This document shows positions 63,301 to 64,000 of a stretch of DNA of 64,000 nt, in pieces. The stretch comes from Bugula neritina (Eukaryota > Animalia > Bryozoa). The first letter of the stretch is position 1. Each line of letters begins with the position of its first letter. The notes beneath the pieces are model-generated. The model ran no database searches and had not been told where the DNA came from. It saw only the letters and a program-made list of their open reading frames with translations. The position numbers and the translations under genes were made by a program. The DNA is taken from contig OZ037769.1 in NCBI GenBank assembly GCA_964035545.1, forward strand, positions 9,632,129 through 9,696,128, read 5' to 3'.

Positions 63301-64000
63301 AGGGTCAAGAAATGTATCAGCAGATGCTCTGTCTAGGAACACATGCGGCACACCAAAGGACATGGATTATATCAGAGTTGAAGAGATTGAACAACATGTA
63401 GAGAAGATGGTGGTACTAAATGGCTCTGACCAAAGGTTAGAAACTTTGCAGAAAGAACAACGCGAAGATTCTGTGCTCTCCAAAGTTATTAAGTTTGTAG
63501 AAACTGAGTGGCCTTCCTATCTCTCATCAGTCGATACATTGATCAAGCCGTATTATGACAGGAAATCGTTGCTCACTATGAATAAGGGATTCTTGATGCT
63601 AGCAAACAGACTGGTTATTCCTCTATCTCAGAGAGACCAGGTGATGCAGGATCTCCATCGAGGGCATCTCGGCATCAGTAAATGCTTATCCAGAGCAAGA
63701 AACAGCCTGTGGTGGCCGTCAATGTCTAAGGCTATTGAGGACATGATAAAGGGATGCGCAGAATGTCAATCGAACACTAAAATAACAAGAGAGCCTCTGA
63801 GACCTACTGCAGTGCCTACTAGGCCGTGGCAGATGCTGGGTACAGACCTTCTTCAGTACCAAGGCCAAATTTATTTGATAGTGATCGACTATTATTCCAG
63901 GTACCCTGAATTGGCACTTCTAGGTGCAGCTAATTTCACATCGGTGAGAGTCATAGCAATCATGAAGTCCATGTTTTCTAGGCATGGCATCCCAGAGTTG
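60390..64000 (+). mobile_element. Ty3/Gypsy (Mag-like) LTR retrotransposon, truncated by the window edge
   Basis: 5' LTR TGTT...AACA at 60390-60620, PBS TGGTGGCAGTG at 60621, then gag-pol. Confidence 0.93.
60725..64000 (+). CDS. Gypsy gag-pol polyprotein (partial, open to window end)
   Basis: ATG at 60725. One frame carries the zinc knuckles CSNCGRNH..C and CKSCKEYNHWELRC, protease LDTGA, RT IHMDD, RNase H TDAS/ETDHRPL/ADALSR and integrase HRGH..CAEC, GTD, IDYYSR. No + strand ORF ends in this frame in the ORF track, consistent with no stop. Confidence 0.88.
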   Translation, partial: MEGITPPAQLDIRADDLSGVWRRWVRSFNDYLLAIDLVGTSKVAERRKLALFRHVGGEDVRELYSQMEFLSTPDDNGTVTELEEGTEGRRLVDVINRFQDYCNPRSGVVVTRHRFHSCAQNGDTVNVYLMKLRQLAEGCEFGSQRDSLIRDKLLFGLDDTKEMEKLMRETDEKLTLDFVIRALRVAEKSGNLKSKSTALKPQDVEAIQISTNPGIKKASQVKQHQSRVVSQFRPDQARPIERPKRSSCSNCGRNHPQNRRCPAYGTQCKSCKEYNHWELRCPKKIYEVEEHNVMDSDYDVYLGEVFSINSVEGDSWFADVTVSTSRWRGQKIRFKLDTGAALSVCGPSHCTGDVKPTNKTLRGPGNTPLTCVGVISSELKVKDTVITEDLYIIPGQKVPLLSRSACEKLKLISLDESLCHIGSVSVDDRLFKGLGCVKSEYSITLRPDAKPFAIHVPRPIPFPRRKMADEALKQMLEDGVIKKVEEPTPWVAPMVVVPKSDQNKVRICTDYTELNKHVVREVHPMSTVDSSLAVLGQGKVWSKIDANSGFWQIPLSEESSKLTTFLTHSGRYRYLRLPQGLCSAPEIFQAEMNRILEGIGGVIIHMDDILVIGNTQEDHDARLKKVLDRIMCAGMTLNKSKCRFGVNSVEFLGHVIDEKGIHAGPRLQGVLVFPTPKSVSAVRSFLGLANQYAKFSECLSEKTALLRALLRKDTPWVWSQKHDETFQQVKDLFKSTPVLAPYSPERQTIVTTDASRQGLGATLSQIQPDGTRRLVAAASRSLTETEQRYAAIELEGLGVCWAIERFSQYILGMKNVLIETDHRPLVTVFGKMFLDRLPPRIQGFKLRLQRFNYKIRYVKGSRNVSADALSRNTCGTPKDMDYIRVEEIEQHVEKMVVLNGSDQRLETLQKEQREDSVLSKVIKFVETEWPSYLSSVDTLIKPYYDRKSLLTMNKGFLMLANRLVIPLSQRDQVMQDLHRGHLGISKCLSRARNSLWWPSMSKAIEDMIKGCAECQSNTKITREPLRPTAVPTRPWQMLGTDLLQYQGQIYLIVIDYYSRYPELALLGAANFTSVRVIAIMKSMFSRHGIPEL

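Overview
AT-rich, repeat-rich animal (probably invertebrate) genomic DNA. The left two-thirds holds one complete gene on the + strand: nucleoporin NUP188, traced by eye as 39 GT-AG coding exons (5497-41119, 5145 nt, about 1714 aa, phases consistent). Its introns carry two Sola2-type DNA transposons, a Tc1-like element, two RTE-clade LINEs, a (TA)n-embedded TGTGACC-ended element and many intron-specific minisatellites. A third RTE copy lies upstream. The most notable find is in intron 32: a tandem array of ~269-nt units (30503-31458), each carrying a complete type I hammerhead ribozyme on the minus strand. This is the layout of a non-LTR retrozyme or Penelope-type pLTR multimer predicted to yield small circular RNAs. 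Downstream of the gene are a Copia remnant, then a ~17-kb block of satellite A / satellite B / inverted satellite A containing a solo LTR and a CAC-ended MITE. An apparently intact Gypsy (Mag-like) LTR retrotransposon runs off the right edge. All calls are from manual reading; no searches were run.
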